The notes: a model not told the origin generated them from the sequence alone. Shown: positions 49,196-61,714, counted from the whole stretch's first letter. The stretch: 63,611 nt of DNA, filler included, from Octopus bimaculoides (GCF_001194135.2; 5 parts of 5 records of this genome joined end to end with filler, not necessarily neighbours in it); one strand, 5' to 3'. Numbers and translations are program-made.

Positions 49196-50220
49196 TTTGT
49201 TGAGGTCATGGAAAGATTGAAATATATTCACTACTGTCTCCTGTAATTACCAAAATAACTGAAATAGAATAATTTCTAGTTAGCTTTTCAATGCACCCTG
49301 CATTAATACTAGTTTAATTATCGTTTTAACACCAGGTTGACAGCTCAGTAATTCATTTTCTAAAAATTATACTCAGTGTGTCAAGAGTCATATAAAATCA
49401 ATGTTAACTTCAACAGTAATTATGCTCTTGGGAAAACACTAAAAAACATTTTTATGGAAATGTACACTCTAATTTGCATCAGTTGATCATCTTCGCGAGC
49501 ATATCTAACAATCAGATGTTTTATTGGCGACGGACTGATGCCTTTCGTGCAACTTTACGCCCATTTCATAAATAAGACTCCCACGAATTCAACCTGTGTT
49601 GGCACGAAATTCTTCTCTACGTCGGCCTTTGAAGGTCTCCCTCGAAATTTCATTTCTGCAAACTTCTCTATGATTACAGGACTTGCTAGAAACGACAGAT
49701 ACAAATCTCCCTCTAATAAGACTCCATTGCCTTAATCGGGGGAATGACAAACTGAATGATGTTGTCAGAAACAGCCGTAAATAGATGAGACAGATAGTTA
49801 TAGCTGGGATGCTTTACATTATAAGCTTATTAAATAACGGTTGGTAGGGGCGAGCGCTAAGAATCAACAACAACAACAACAACAGCTTATGACACAGAGG
49901 TTTCGTATGTGAAGGAGTGAGAATTTCAGTTAACGACCAAAAGGAAAGGTCAATTTACTCTAGAGCTGCACCCGTCTCCAAACCCTGAACTAACAAGGAA
50001 CGGGAAAATTGATGAGGCCAGTTGTTTACCCTCAACAATAGACTTTGTAGTTGCATGTTACTTCTTTTATTGCTTATCTATGCTATCTGCGTAATATCTT
50101 TTTGTCCTTTTATACTCCCTATTTAATTTCAGCGCTCTTTTAAGTCAAATGTTAATGTATGTAACACGTTAAACATGACAAGAACTGCTATTCTATTCAG
50201 TTCTACTCAATAACAACGAC

Positions 50221-50286
<66 letters not shown>

Positions 50287-50596
50287 NNNNNNNNNNNNNN
50301 NNNNNNNNNNNNNNNNNNNNNNNNNNNNNNNNNNNNNNNNNNNNNNNNNNNNNNNNNNNNNNNNNNNNNNNNNNNNNNNNNNNNNNNNNNNNNNNNNNNN
50401 NNNNNNNNNNNNNNNNNNNNNNNNNNNNNNNNNNNNNNNNNNNNNNNNNNNNNNNNNNNNNNNNNNNNNNNNNNNNNNNNNNNNNNNNNNNNNNNNNNNN
50501 NNNNNNNNNNNNNNNNNNNNNNNNNNNNNNNNNNNNNNNNNNNNNNNNNNNNNNNNNNNNNNNNNNNNNNNNNNNNNNNNNNNNNNNNNNNNNNNN

Positions 50597-50637
<41 letters not shown>

Positions 50638-51586
50638 CAATACACACACACACAATACACACACACACACAATACACACACACGCACGCACACTCACACA
50701 CTTCTATATACACACATCTTCGTACATATCTGTATGTATACTTGAATGTACATACATACACATGTGTATATGTGCGTGTATACGTTTATATATATATATG
50801 TATGCCTGTTATGTAGATAGGGTTATATTCCAAGTTATCTGCTCTTGAAGCACGTCTGCTTATTCCAATACTCCAAAGTTGGTTGTAGATGTCATATTTG
50901 TATGAGGGATGCATAAGAGTTGAAAAATAGTGGAAAATATTTTTGGCAGAGTAATTACATATCAAAACAGGAGATTCGCTGTCCGAGGAATTTCTAATAG
51001 GATATATCTTACCTGTTTTTGCTACCTGTACAATTTTGTAGTTCTTATTAGCGAATGAAATACGAGGAACGCTGAATAAGTAATAGCAAAAATCTTTTCC
51101 AGTCTCCTGTTTCGACCCACCCCGCCACATACACACACACACATATCTTTATAAATATCCGTATAGAAATATATTTGCATATACATACATATGTGTGTGT
51201 GTGTGTGTGTGTGTCTGTAGGAAAAATATCTTTTGTTTTGTTATTTTTTCCCATGTACGTTGTACTGGTAATACAAGTGTAATTCGAGCATAGTATAGTA
51301 TATTCTATTTAAAAAAATGTTCGTATTCTGCGCCCTCATCGTCATCCATATCCCCTATTTTCCGAATAAATGACAATAGTGACATGCTGTAATCTTCTTT
51401 TGCAATAGGCAGTAGAGAATCAATGTAATGTACTTGATAAAATCGCTGTAGCCGGATAAACTTATGCTTCAACATAGACCAATCATAAATTCGGAGCACA
51501 GCACCACTCTATTGTTAGATACGAACGAGTAATATATGAAACAACTCGAACGGAGTCTCAGTTTATACAAAAATGCTAACAGGTGC

Positions 51587-52020
<434 letters not shown>

Positions 52021-52085
52021 GTAAATCCATATATGTAGATATGAAATGCTTACACGTGGACAGTGAGCTTATCTGGAAATAGTGA

Positions 52086-52284
52086 TTTAAAAATTTGGCA
52101 CAAGGCCAGCAATTCCAGGAGATCGGTAAGTCGATGTTGAGCACTGGCATTTATTTTATTGATTCCCACACGATGAAAAGTAATGTCAACTTCGGCGAAA
52201 TTTGAACTCAGGACGCAAAGACGGACGAAATACTGGTAAGCATCTTAGCCAGTGTGCTATCGATTCTGCCAACTCGGCACCTTC
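52086..52284 (-). mobile_element. SINE family A, type-2 tail
   Basis: AAAATTTGGCACAAGGCCAGCAATT..TTTGAACTCAGG..CGATTCTGCCAACTCGGCACC. Confidence 0.75.
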
Positions 52285-52361
52285 TTATCCGGAAGTACGA
52301 AAAGTCTTTAGTCAAATTCTTTTTGAGATGAAGCGTTAAATTTCAATCAAATAAAGAAGCG

Positions 52362-52823
52362 TTTAACAAGAAATTCTTAGAAGTTAAACAAGCACTTGCT
52401 AATGGCTACGCAAACATACAACTAGATCAAGCTGTAGAATGATACAATTATAAATTTTCCAAACCGGATACAACGATAATAATACCCTGTAAAACACAAA
52501 GCGCACATTTCCTGTTCTACATGAGCGAAATGCTAAGGAATGCCTGAATATGCCATTAATAAAACTCGTAAAACACAACCCATTCACCACACCTAATCAC
52601 ACACTAACCTTAAAATATATATTATAAGAAAAACACACCAGAATTAAAAATCTCATCAGTACAAAACCACGAACTTGTAAGCCCACAGAATGTGGGATTA
52701 CTTCAGATAACCCATATAATAAAGGTATTTCAATGTAAATATGAAAGTTATAAATTTCATGACTCGCGCTATTACATAAAATACACAAATACATTTTCTC
52801 GTTGGTTGACTATGCATTTACAA
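52362..52823 (+). mobile_element. Old Penelope-like remnant (post-RT region and GIY-YIG N-terminal motifs)
   Basis: FNKKFLEVKQALANGYANIQLDQAV (compare L..NGYP) and, from 52716, IIKVFQCKYESY..YYIKYTNTFSRWLTMHLQ (compare VVY.F.C..YIG.T...LSRRL..H). Multiple stops. Confidence 0.55.
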
Positions 52824-52887
52824 GTCGCTATTACAGCAAATAATATAATACTACACGCGAAATAAAATAGATGTTGTCATACTACAC

Positions 52888-53021
52888 AGGCGTGGCTGTG
52901 TGGTTAAGAAGCTCGCTTTGCAACCATGATGTTTCGAGTTCAGTCCCACTGCGAGGCACATTTTTGACTACTGCCTTGTGAGTGGAACTGGTAGACGGAA
53001 ATTGTGTAGAAAACTGTCGTG
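52888..53021 (+). mobile_element. SINE family B head and core
   Basis: GGCGTGGCTGTGTGGTTAAGAAGCTCGC..GAGTTCAGTCCCACTGCG..GGTAGACGGAAA. Confidence 0.8.
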
Positions 53022-53033
53022 TATATATATATA

Positions 53034-53335
53034 TAATAAAATTACAATAATAAAGGATAAAATCGGTAAAACTTTGATCAGTGGCCAGCATATCAAGTAA
53101 ACCTATTAAGGTGAATTCATATATTGAGATTTATAACAGTACAAAATACAATTATAATTAAGGGCTTAGGGTGCCACGCCTATATGCTTAAAAGAGACGC
53201 TAAATTGTCGAATCACTCCAAATCATCACGTATATAACACTATAATAAATCTCTATAAACTTAATAGGTCTATTTTATATGCTGGCCACTGATCAAATTT
53301 TTAACGATTTTATCCATTATTATTATAATTTTATA
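53034..53335. mobile_element. MITE/foldback with 75-bp or longer inverted arms
   Basis: 53034-53110 matches the reverse complement of 53260-53335 (TTTGATCAGTGGCCAGCATAT..CCTATTAAG). Confidence 0.75.
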
Positions 53336-53980
53336 ATTGAATAGTTTCTATTCACTTCGGGACAGTCTAGTCACTTCTGGACTACACTGGCCAAATACAC
53401 ACGTGCTGAGATAGACTACGAAATTCGATGTGGATGTAGCTGTGGTGTTTGTATTTAATCCCGGCCTTCCATTTGCTTCCCTGTGGATATGTATAAATAT
53501 CTCATTTATTTCCCTTAGTATGCTTTGCAGATGAGGAAAAGTCATTAGACTAATCCAGAAATTGACCAATCCAAGGCTAACTATTATTTTATGAATTTCT
53601 GTCAGCTTACTCCCTGGAGTTCAGCACGTGTGTTATAAAAGTGATAATTTGAAGTGGTTCTATGATTTACCGTCTCTTTTCAACATATAGGCATGGTACT
53701 CAACGTCCTTAATTATAATTGTATTTTATACTATTATAAATCTATCTATCTATATATATATATATAATAAAAATAATATATATATATATATATATATATA
53801 TGCATATATACGTGCATACATGTACATACTTACATATATATGTATACACATATGCATATATGGGTACAAGATATCACAAAAAACGTGAACAACATGAAAA
53901 ACGAGAACATAATATGCAAAAACATGGAAAACGAACTTTTCTTCGAACAACGAAAGAAACAAATGCAAAAGCGAGACAGG

Positions 53981-54081
53981 CAACATAAAGAACAATCCCT
54001 TCATCAGTTGTCCACTGTCTTATCTACTCCGCATTTCAAAAAAAAAGTGGACAACTGATGAAGGGATTGTTCTTTATGTTG
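53981..54081. repeat. Perfect 36-bp inverted repeat with a 29-nt spacer
   Basis: CAACATAAAGAACAATCCCTTCATCAGTTGTCCACT (53981-54016) and its exact reverse complement (54046-54081). Confidence 0.95.
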
Positions 54082-54093
54082 AGAAGATCTACC

Positions 54094-54196
54094 CTAGTAC
54101 TTATTCTATCGGTCTCTTTTGCCGAGCCGCTAAGTTACGGGGACGTAAATACACCACTATCAGTTGTTAAGCTATGCTGGGGGGACAAACACAGAC

Positions 54197-54232
<36 letters not shown>

Positions 54233-54423
54233 NNNNNNNNNNNNNNNNNNATATATATACGACGGGCTTCTTTCAGTTTCCGTCTACCAAATCCACTCAC
54301 AAGGCTTTGGTCGGCCCGAGACTATAGTAGAAGACACTTGCCCAAGGTGCCACGCAGTGGGAATGAACCCGGAACCATGTGGTTGGTAAACAAGCTACTT
54401 ACCACACAGCCACTCCTGCGCCT
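54094..54423 (-). mobile_element. SINE family B
   Basis: CTAGTACTTATTCTATCGGTCTC..CCCAAGGTGCCACGCAGTGGG..CTTACCACACAGCCACTCCTGCGCC. Confidence 0.9.
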
Positions 54424-54592
54424 ATTTGTTTACATTCCCTTAACTTAGCGCTTCGGTGAAAATACACTGATAGAATAAATAGTGGGTTTGATCTGTTCGA
54501 TGAAACCTTTCAATGTGATGCTACTGTTATTCCGTTCATTTCGGCACCGAATTAATTTCTGATCAAAGGCGCCCCTCCCTTTACTTCCCTTC

Positions 54593-54627
<35 letters not shown>

Positions 54628-55215
54628 TTTTATTCATTTATTTATTTATGCATTTATTTATCTATTTATTTATGCATTTATTATTTTTTTATTTCAGATT
54701 GATAGAGTGTGATTTGAAGTAACTTTTGGGGCTATTTGCTGTAGGTTGAACGATTACAGACAGACTTCCTCATTGGTTGGAGCCATTTGAAGTTGATAAG
54801 ATAACGAATTCTAAAATTGCCGGATTTTGATTTTCTCGCTAAAGTTTACATTTTCGTTCACATTCGCACAAATACACACATACACACGTGTGCGTTCATA
54901 TTGTGTGCGTGTGTGCGTACATGTGAATGTGTGCGCGTGTGTGTGTAAAATCGATGATTCACTTCCTTGTTACATAGAGTCTAGCACAATTCATTCCTTC
55001 AGGTTTAGAAGTTTGAACGAAAGAATTACACGAAACTGATTACCGAGGGAGTGATTCATTTACTTTATACAAATAAACTCTTTTAGATGATATAAAAAAA
55101 CCTTAAATGATGTCGGAGAGAAGGTAAATATATAAGATTATGCCAACTGATAAAAATATATATGATTACGCCAGTTGATAAAAAACAAATATAATACAGA
55201 TAATATATTTCATTG

Positions 55216-55454
55216 GTTGTTTAATATTGCTATCATATTTCGGAAAAGATTCCCCTTGTAAAATGTAACAAAGAAAACAATCCAAGAGTTTGGAGAAAAA
55301 ATGTTACTGTTGGCAGGCCAGTCTGGTAAGTTGAACCATCACATTAGGATGGCCCACCCACAGTAACACTTTTCCTCCAAACTCTTAGATTATTTTCTCT
55401 CTTATATTTGATAAGGGGAATCTTTCTCGAAATAAAACGCAAGCATTAAACAAC
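55216..55454. repeat. ~240-bp imperfect hairpin (~105-bp arms, ~29-nt loop)
   Basis: 55216-55320 matches the reverse complement of 55350-55454 (AAAGATTCCCCTT, AATC.AAGAGTTTGGAG, TGTTACTGT..GGCCA). Confidence 0.8.
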
Positions 55455-55718
55455 GTATGTTAGGATATACAAAGTCTTCTTCTTGATTTCTTATTCAGTG
55501 GCCTCATCTTACAAGATGTTGTTTAACTTATCACCTGCATAAAACAATATTCTTCTCGATGCATTAAATATTCTTTTCCGCAGCATAATAGTGTATATAG
55601 GTTTCTTCGTTTGTTTGTAATCGGTGTTTTTGTTGTCTTTTCTTCTTTTATCGAACATCTTAAACATTACCAATGACTGGTTGACACACGCGGGTGCGTG
55701 CATGCACTCTTACACACT

Positions 55719-55809
<91 letters not shown>

Positions 55810-55814
55810 TCATA

Positions 55815-56227
55815 TGTTTATCTTACTGTTGTCTCAGTCACCAGACGACAGCAATACTGAAGTACCACCTTGAAGAATTTTAGTCGAACGAATGGATCCC
55901 AGTGCTTATTATCGTTTAAATCCTGTTACTTATTTTATCGGTCTCTTTTCCGAACCGCTAATTTACAGGGACATAAACACACCGACACTGATTGTTCAGC
56001 GGTGGGCTGGAATGGACAAATACAGACGCAAACACACACACACACACACATACATGTATGTGTGCGCGTGCGTGATGTGTGTGTGCGTGTGTGTGTGTAT
56101 ACGGGCTTCTTTCAGTTTCCATCTACCAAATCCATTCACAAAGCTTTGATCTTGCCCATGGTGCCAAACAGTGGGACTGAGCATAAGACCACATGGTTGG
56201 TGAAGGAAGCTTCTTACCACAGAGCCA
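55815..56227 (-). mobile_element. Degenerate SINE family B
   Basis: TATCGGTCTCTTTTCCGAACCGCT..CTTCTTTCAGTTTCCATCTACCAAATCC..GGGACTGAGC. Confidence 0.75.
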
Positions 56228-56561
56228 AGAAATATAAAAATACAGGCTCATATATACCACAAGACATAAAGATATCACCTTTCGGTTACGTATCGCGGTT
56301 CTTCACCGAATGACGTTATTAGATAAAGGCTGTTTTCTAAAAATTTATTTCAGGAAGTAAAAACAAAAATCTAGAGTTAATATATAAGGCATTTATGCAG
56401 TTCCAAGTGGCTTATTGTTTTATTCAAAATCCTCGTTGGATACTTAAGTCAATTGTTAGACGTTTAGTTAATTCTGAAAAGCTATTTTAAAGATATTATT
56501 TAGCAAAAATTTCGAGGAAAATAACTGTATAATTACAAAAGTACTTCTCATCGACAGCATC

Positions 56562-57003
56562 GTTTTCAAGATCAGCTGCCTCGTGGACATGAATGTGTAA
56601 TCAAAAGTCCAGAGAAAAGAAAACATTTATTGTAAATTAATACGGAACTTACAGCTCTTGTACCCTGGCTATAAATTGTCAATTGTACCTATCACCATAG
56701 GCATATTAGGCTATGTACCAACAAATTTACACAAAAACCTAGAAATAGTAGGTTTTTCGAAGAAAGAGCAAGGGAAACTGGTGTGGATCCTCCAGATCCA
56801 ATCTATTTGTGGCACAGAGAAGATTTGTAAGACATTCCAAAGATTCTCCATTTGAAAGTCTTTGGGTTTGTGCATCGACAGCTCAACCAACACACCAACT
56901 CAACCACATAATTACAAACATCGGGAATTTTCTAAACTCAAAAAGTTTTATGGCTTTATTAGGAACTTAAGTAAAACTCAAAGAAAAATCATACATACAT
57001 ACA
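56562..57003 (+). mobile_element. 3' fragment of an R4/Dong-like LINE (RLE C-terminus, 3'UTR, (TACA)n end)
   Basis: VFKISCLVDMNV*SKVQRKENIYCKLIRNLQLLYPGYKLSIVPITIGILG..LQIQSICGTEKICKTFQRFSI* (stop at 56855). About 135 bp of UTR ends CATACATACATACAT. Confidence 0.75.
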
Positions 57004-57400
57004 TGACAGTGTGGTAAGTAGCTTGCTTACCAATCACAAGGTTCCGGTTTCAGTCCCACTGCGTGGCATCTTGGACAAGTGTCTTCTACTATAGTCTCGA
57101 GCCGACCAAAGCCTTGTGAGTGGATTTGGTAGACAGAAACTGAAAGAAGCCCGTCGTATATATGTATATATATGTGTGTGTGTGTGTATGTTTGTGTGTC
57201 TGTGTTTGTCCCCCTAGCATTGCTTGACAGCCGATGGTGGTGTGTTTATGTCCCCATCACTTAGCGGTTCGGCAAAAAAGACCGATAGTATAAGTACTAG
57301 GCTTACAAAGAATAAGTCCCGGAGTCGATTTGCTCGACTAAGGGCGGTGCTCCAGCATGGCCGCAGACAAATGACTGAAACAAGTAAAAGAGTAAAATAG
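57004..57400 (+). mobile_element. SINE family B, near full length, between (TACA)n arrays
   Basis: Head GTGTGGTAAGTAGCTTGCTTACC..TCAGTCCCACTGCGTGGC; complete tail GACTGAAACAAGTAAAAGAG. Confidence 0.9.
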
Positions 57401-57450
57401 ATACATACATACATACATACATACATACATACATACATACATACATACAA

Positions 57451-59525
57451 GAAGTTATTGGTGAAACTCTAGCTACTGTGATCCAGAAACTCCACGATGG
57501 AAAAGCACCTGGAAGAGACTTGATTGTTGGATATTGGTACAAGAAGCTAACATTATACCGACCATATCTTATCAATCTGTACCAACAAGCTCTCATTGGG
57601 AACAGTAGCATACTACACTGGTTAGCTCTGGCAGAGACAAAGTTGATCTCCAAATACAGAACCATGCACATAGCAAAATACTGCATGCCAGAACTTAATG
57701 TATAAGATATATACAGCATGTTTAAACCTCTTCCTCCAGGACGATTGTGAAACCAATAACATCATCACAGAAGAAAAAGCAGCTGCAAAGAAGGAAGTTT
57801 GAGAATGTGCCGAGCAGCAAAATTGTGATGTCAGAGGTGCGAGAGCATAAGAGGAACCTAGTTTCAGTGTGGCTAGACCTACAAGAAAGCCTTTGACTCT
57901 GTTCCCCATTCACGGATGCTGGAAGCCCTTCAACTTGCTAAAGTTTCAGTGAGGATAGTCAAAGTCATAGCTGACCTGACTTCATCGTGGGCTACCATCT
58001 TGAAATTAAACACAAAAAGTGACTGTATTAACACCGATAGAATACAGTATCGTAAAGGCATATTCCAAGGGAACAGCCTCTCTGTAATGTTGCTTATACT
58101 TTTTGTAAACCCCTTGTCATTCGTGTTAAGGAAGTTTGAAGGAACAGAAATACTTAAATTAAATTCTTTGTGGATGACTTGAAACTTTATGCGAAGAATA
58201 TGAATGAAATAAAAAAAAGAGCCTTGATCTAGTTACAACATTCTCAAAGGATGTAGGGTTGGAGTTTGGTCAGGATAAATGTTATATGGTGGGAAAATGG
58301 GGAAAACTGCAAACCAGACTAACAACATCTCCATCAATAATTTGACTGTTTCCCCTATATCTGACGAGGAATGTTACAGGTATCTAGGGGTGGAAGAAAA
58401 CATATCTTACAATGGCACTTGTAACAAAACACGTGTCACTAAAGAATATTATAGCCGAATAAAGAAAATTTCGACCTCAGAACTCTCTGCGTTCAATAAA
58501 ACAGTGGCCCACAATGTGTTTGCAGTTCCAGTATTCATACCAAAATTTGGGCTGCTTGATTGGACGCTTGGTGAGATCCGAGCCATTGATGTGAAAACTC
58601 GAAGAGCACACATAATTTCCACATAAACAGTGACGTAGATCACCTCTACCTAAAAAGAAAACAAGGCAGCAGAGGCTTAACCTCGATCCAAAATGCCTTT
58701 GAATGTCGTATCATATCCCTTCGGCAACGTCTTTTAATCACCAAGTGTCTAAGTGCATCCCTTGATCAAGTTTGCATACATGTGGCTGATAACATCATAA
58801 GACTTGGAAAGCAGCTCCTTGAGCAACATTCTTTGTCTGATAACCTAGAATACATGCCCAAAGAGGTCACACGGCTCTACCACAACGTATCGTTACATGA
58901 AAAGATGAGAATATATGGGCAGAAGACTATGCATGGATATGTTAGTAGAAAGCTCCGAGATGACTGTAACATCGATCATCAAAGCGGTTTAACATAGACC
59001 AATAGCCGGATTACTACCTCCCACTTTGAAGGGTATGCGTTTGCAATCCAGGAACAGCAAGTATCTACCAAGTACCTGATGCACAAAAGGGAGAGAGATG
59101 CAGGAAAAACATTAAAATGTGACAACCGATACAGACTTTGTGGAGTTCACACTGAAGATATCACCCACATCATAAGCAGCTGTCCAAAAATGTCATCACG
59201 GTATTATCTACCCATGAGGCATGACGTTGTAGCTAGGACACTCTATAATGAAATCTATCGGAAAGATAACCCTAAAGACAAAGAAATAAGAACCCACAGT
59301 ATGGTAGAAGCCATAGCTACTCATAATAAAAAGGAGTACTGGTGGAATGTTCCAGTGAAGACCTCAATAAAATGTAAACACACCAGACCTGATAAAATTA
59401 TTTGGGATAGAGAAGAAAAACTGTGCACAGTTGTGGAAAGTAGCTTCCCAGCGGATGTTAACATAAAGCTGAAAATCATTGAAAACTATTAAGAAATCTA
59501 GTTACTCTATCCAGATTACAAATTC
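57451..59525 (+). mobile_element. Degenerate R4/Dong-clade LINE (RT, CCHC zinc knuckle, restriction-like endonuclease)
   Basis: KLHDGKAPGRD; W.D(Y)KKAFDSVPH across a frameshift; GIFQGNSLS; FVDDLKLYAK; YRYLGV; RLCGVHTEDITHIISSCPKM..RHDVVA; RPDKIIWDREEKLCTVVES..PADVN; ..LYPDYKF. Many stops and frameshifts. Confidence 0.9.
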
Positions 59526-59616
59526 AGGCGTGCTAACATTTCTGCCAGCTCGCCGCCTGTCAACATTTCTAGCAAGTAGTACCCCTCCAAACATAAAAGT
59601 TATTATATTATATACT

Positions 59617-59902
59617 CTCTTTCGTGAGGTGTATGGGTCATTATGTCATACTTTGGTTCATGTGAAGAATAGGAATAGTATTTTATTAAGAGACTCCAAA
59701 AACATCTTAAAACGATGGGAGGGACATTTCAATGAATTTCTGAATCGAACATCAGTTGTTGATGAAAAAAGCATTGATATGATTTTACAGAATGCACCCA
59801 TTGAGTGCTTAGATGACACCCCGTCAGTGGAGGAAACAATAAAAGCAGTATCAAAGCTGAACAATGGCAAAGTACCGGGAGTTAATAGTCTGAATGTAGA
59901 AC

Positions 59903-59908
<6 letters not shown>
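59617..59908 (+). mobile_element. RTE-like LINE internal fragment followed by (TACA)n at 59908-59970
   Basis: LFREVYG..LLRDSKNILKRWEGHFNEFLNR..PSVEETIKAVSKLNNGKVPGVNSLNVELF. Confidence 0.8.
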
Positions 59909-59936
<28 letters not shown>

Positions 59937-60174
59937 CATACATACATACATACATACATACATACATACATAGTTAACAAAACATGGCTACGAAATTAGC
60001 CACATAGAGATAGGCGATACAGACATATATGACTACTCGTTGATGTCTAAGTTCCTGTGTGTCTTGTTTCTGGGTTCTTTATTGGCAAGAAATATGACAA
60101 ATAATACAGCACAACACACACGCGCACGCACACACATATGTAAATGTGACTGAATGTAGCAGTCGGAAATTATG

Positions 60175-60410
60175 CGGAAGCCTGTCGTATATAAAATTGT
60201 GTGCACGCGAACGTGTCCCTGAACGTTCACTAGACAACTGGCACTGCTTTTTTTTTTAAGCCGAGGTAGCTTAGCAGTTCGACCAAAAGAATTAATAGAA
60301 TAAGTACAAGAGTTATAAGGAATGAATATGGGTTCCATTTGATAGAGTAAACCCGTCAAAGCTGTCCTCTCAGCATGGCTACAGTTCAAACAAGTAAAAG
60401 AATAACAGAA
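60175..60410 (+). mobile_element. Degenerate SINE family B 3' part
   Basis: GTAGCTTAGCAGTTCGACCAAAAG..ATAGAATAAGTAC..CAGCATGGCTACAGT..AAACAAGTAAAAGAAT. Confidence 0.65.
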
Positions 60411-60444
60411 CAGTATAACATTTTACTTACGATAATTATTATAG

Positions 60445-60510
60445 ACTAGCAGATATACCCAGCGTTGCTCGGGATTACAATGGCATAGTTTTTTTTACAT
60501 ATATACAAAG

Positions 60511-60568
<58 letters not shown>

Positions 60569-60965
60569 GGACATTGTTGGCACTCCGTCGTTTACGACGT
60601 CGAGGTTCCAGTTGATCCGATCAACGGAACAGCCTGCTCGTGAAATTAACGTGCAAGTGGCTGAGCACTCCACAGACACGTGTACCCTTAACGTAGTTCT
60701 CGGGGATATTCAGCGTGACACAGTGTGTCAAGGCTAACCCTTTGAATTACAGGCACAACAGAAACAGGAAGTAAGAGTGAGAGAAAGTTGTGGTGAAAGA
60801 GTACAGCAGGGTTCGCCACCATCCCCTGCCGGAGATTCGTGGAGTTTTAGGTGTTTTCACTCAATAAACACTCACAACGCCCGGTCTGGGAATCGAAACC
60901 GCGATCCTATGACCGCGAGTTCGCTGCCCTAACCACTGGGCCATTGCGCCTCCATATATATATAC

Positions 60966-60996
<31 letters not shown>

Positions 60997-61309
60997 TACA
61001 CACACACACATACATATATGTATGTATGTATATACATACATGTATATTTATACATAGTGAAACTATTAAAAGTGAAACAATATAAAACTGAAACTATTTA
61101 TAACTGTTATTCCGTTGAAGGTTTCTATTTTATTCTTCGAGTTTTGAGACAGAATACGGAAACGTTGCCAATGTTGCATTGTTTTTATCCCTCAAAATTA
61201 CATTTTGACACTCCTGAGGTCTCATAGTATTGCCATGTAAAATTTGATTTGATTTGGTTTAGCCGTTTGAGAATGCATTGGGAACAGAGATACAAAGGAT
61301 TTATATATA
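60445..61309 (-). mobile_element. Helitron-like non-autonomous element with nested SINE D
   Basis: The minus-strand end reads CCCGAGCAACGCTGGG (hairpin) TATATCTGCTAGT, i.e. a CTAG terminus at 60445-60449. The 5' region near 61200-61300 resembles HINE/Helitron starts (CAAACGGCT.AACC..AAATTT). No clear 5' TC. Confidence 0.5.
60569..60953 (-). mobile_element. SINE family D, full length
   Basis: Near-identical inverted copy of 34763-35150. A box TGGCCCAGTGG and B box GGTTTCGATTCCC on the minus strand. Confidence 0.9.
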
Positions 61310-61613
61310 TCTTCTAATATATAAAACAGAGATGTCTGTGTATTCGCTTTTCACGTGAAATCGACTTCACCAAATGCTTCCATACTTGTGATGCATGAAT
61401 AATTTGACCTCGGATAAATGTTAGGCTCTTCATTTGATTTTTTTTATTAAAAATAAATAATATTGCTTTATATTTATGATTTACTTCTTTAAAAAGGTTC
61501 CTCAATGTCAACTTCCGGTATTGACGTAACAACGGCACAACGCTTCACTCTCTATTTTGACGTTTTTGTACCAAATGCTTACATACTTGTGATGAAATGT
61601 CAACTTCCGGTAT
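61310..61613 (+). mobile_element. Helitron/HINE-like 5' segment (A|TC start)
   Basis: TCTTCTAATATATAAAACAGAGATGTCTGT start. About 200 bp are shared with the inverted copy at 45261-45465. Confidence 0.55.
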
Positions 61614-61714
61614 NNNNNNNNNNNNNNNNNNNNNNNNNNNNNNNNNNNNNNNNNNNNTTAATTAATTAANNNNNNNNNNNNNNNNNNNNNNNNNNNNNNN
61701 NNNNNNNNNNNNNT

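Noticed and set aside
54046-54081. Second hammerhead ribozyme (CTGATGAAGGG)
   Set aside because: No stem II closure or GAAAC/UH partner was found on either strand nearby.
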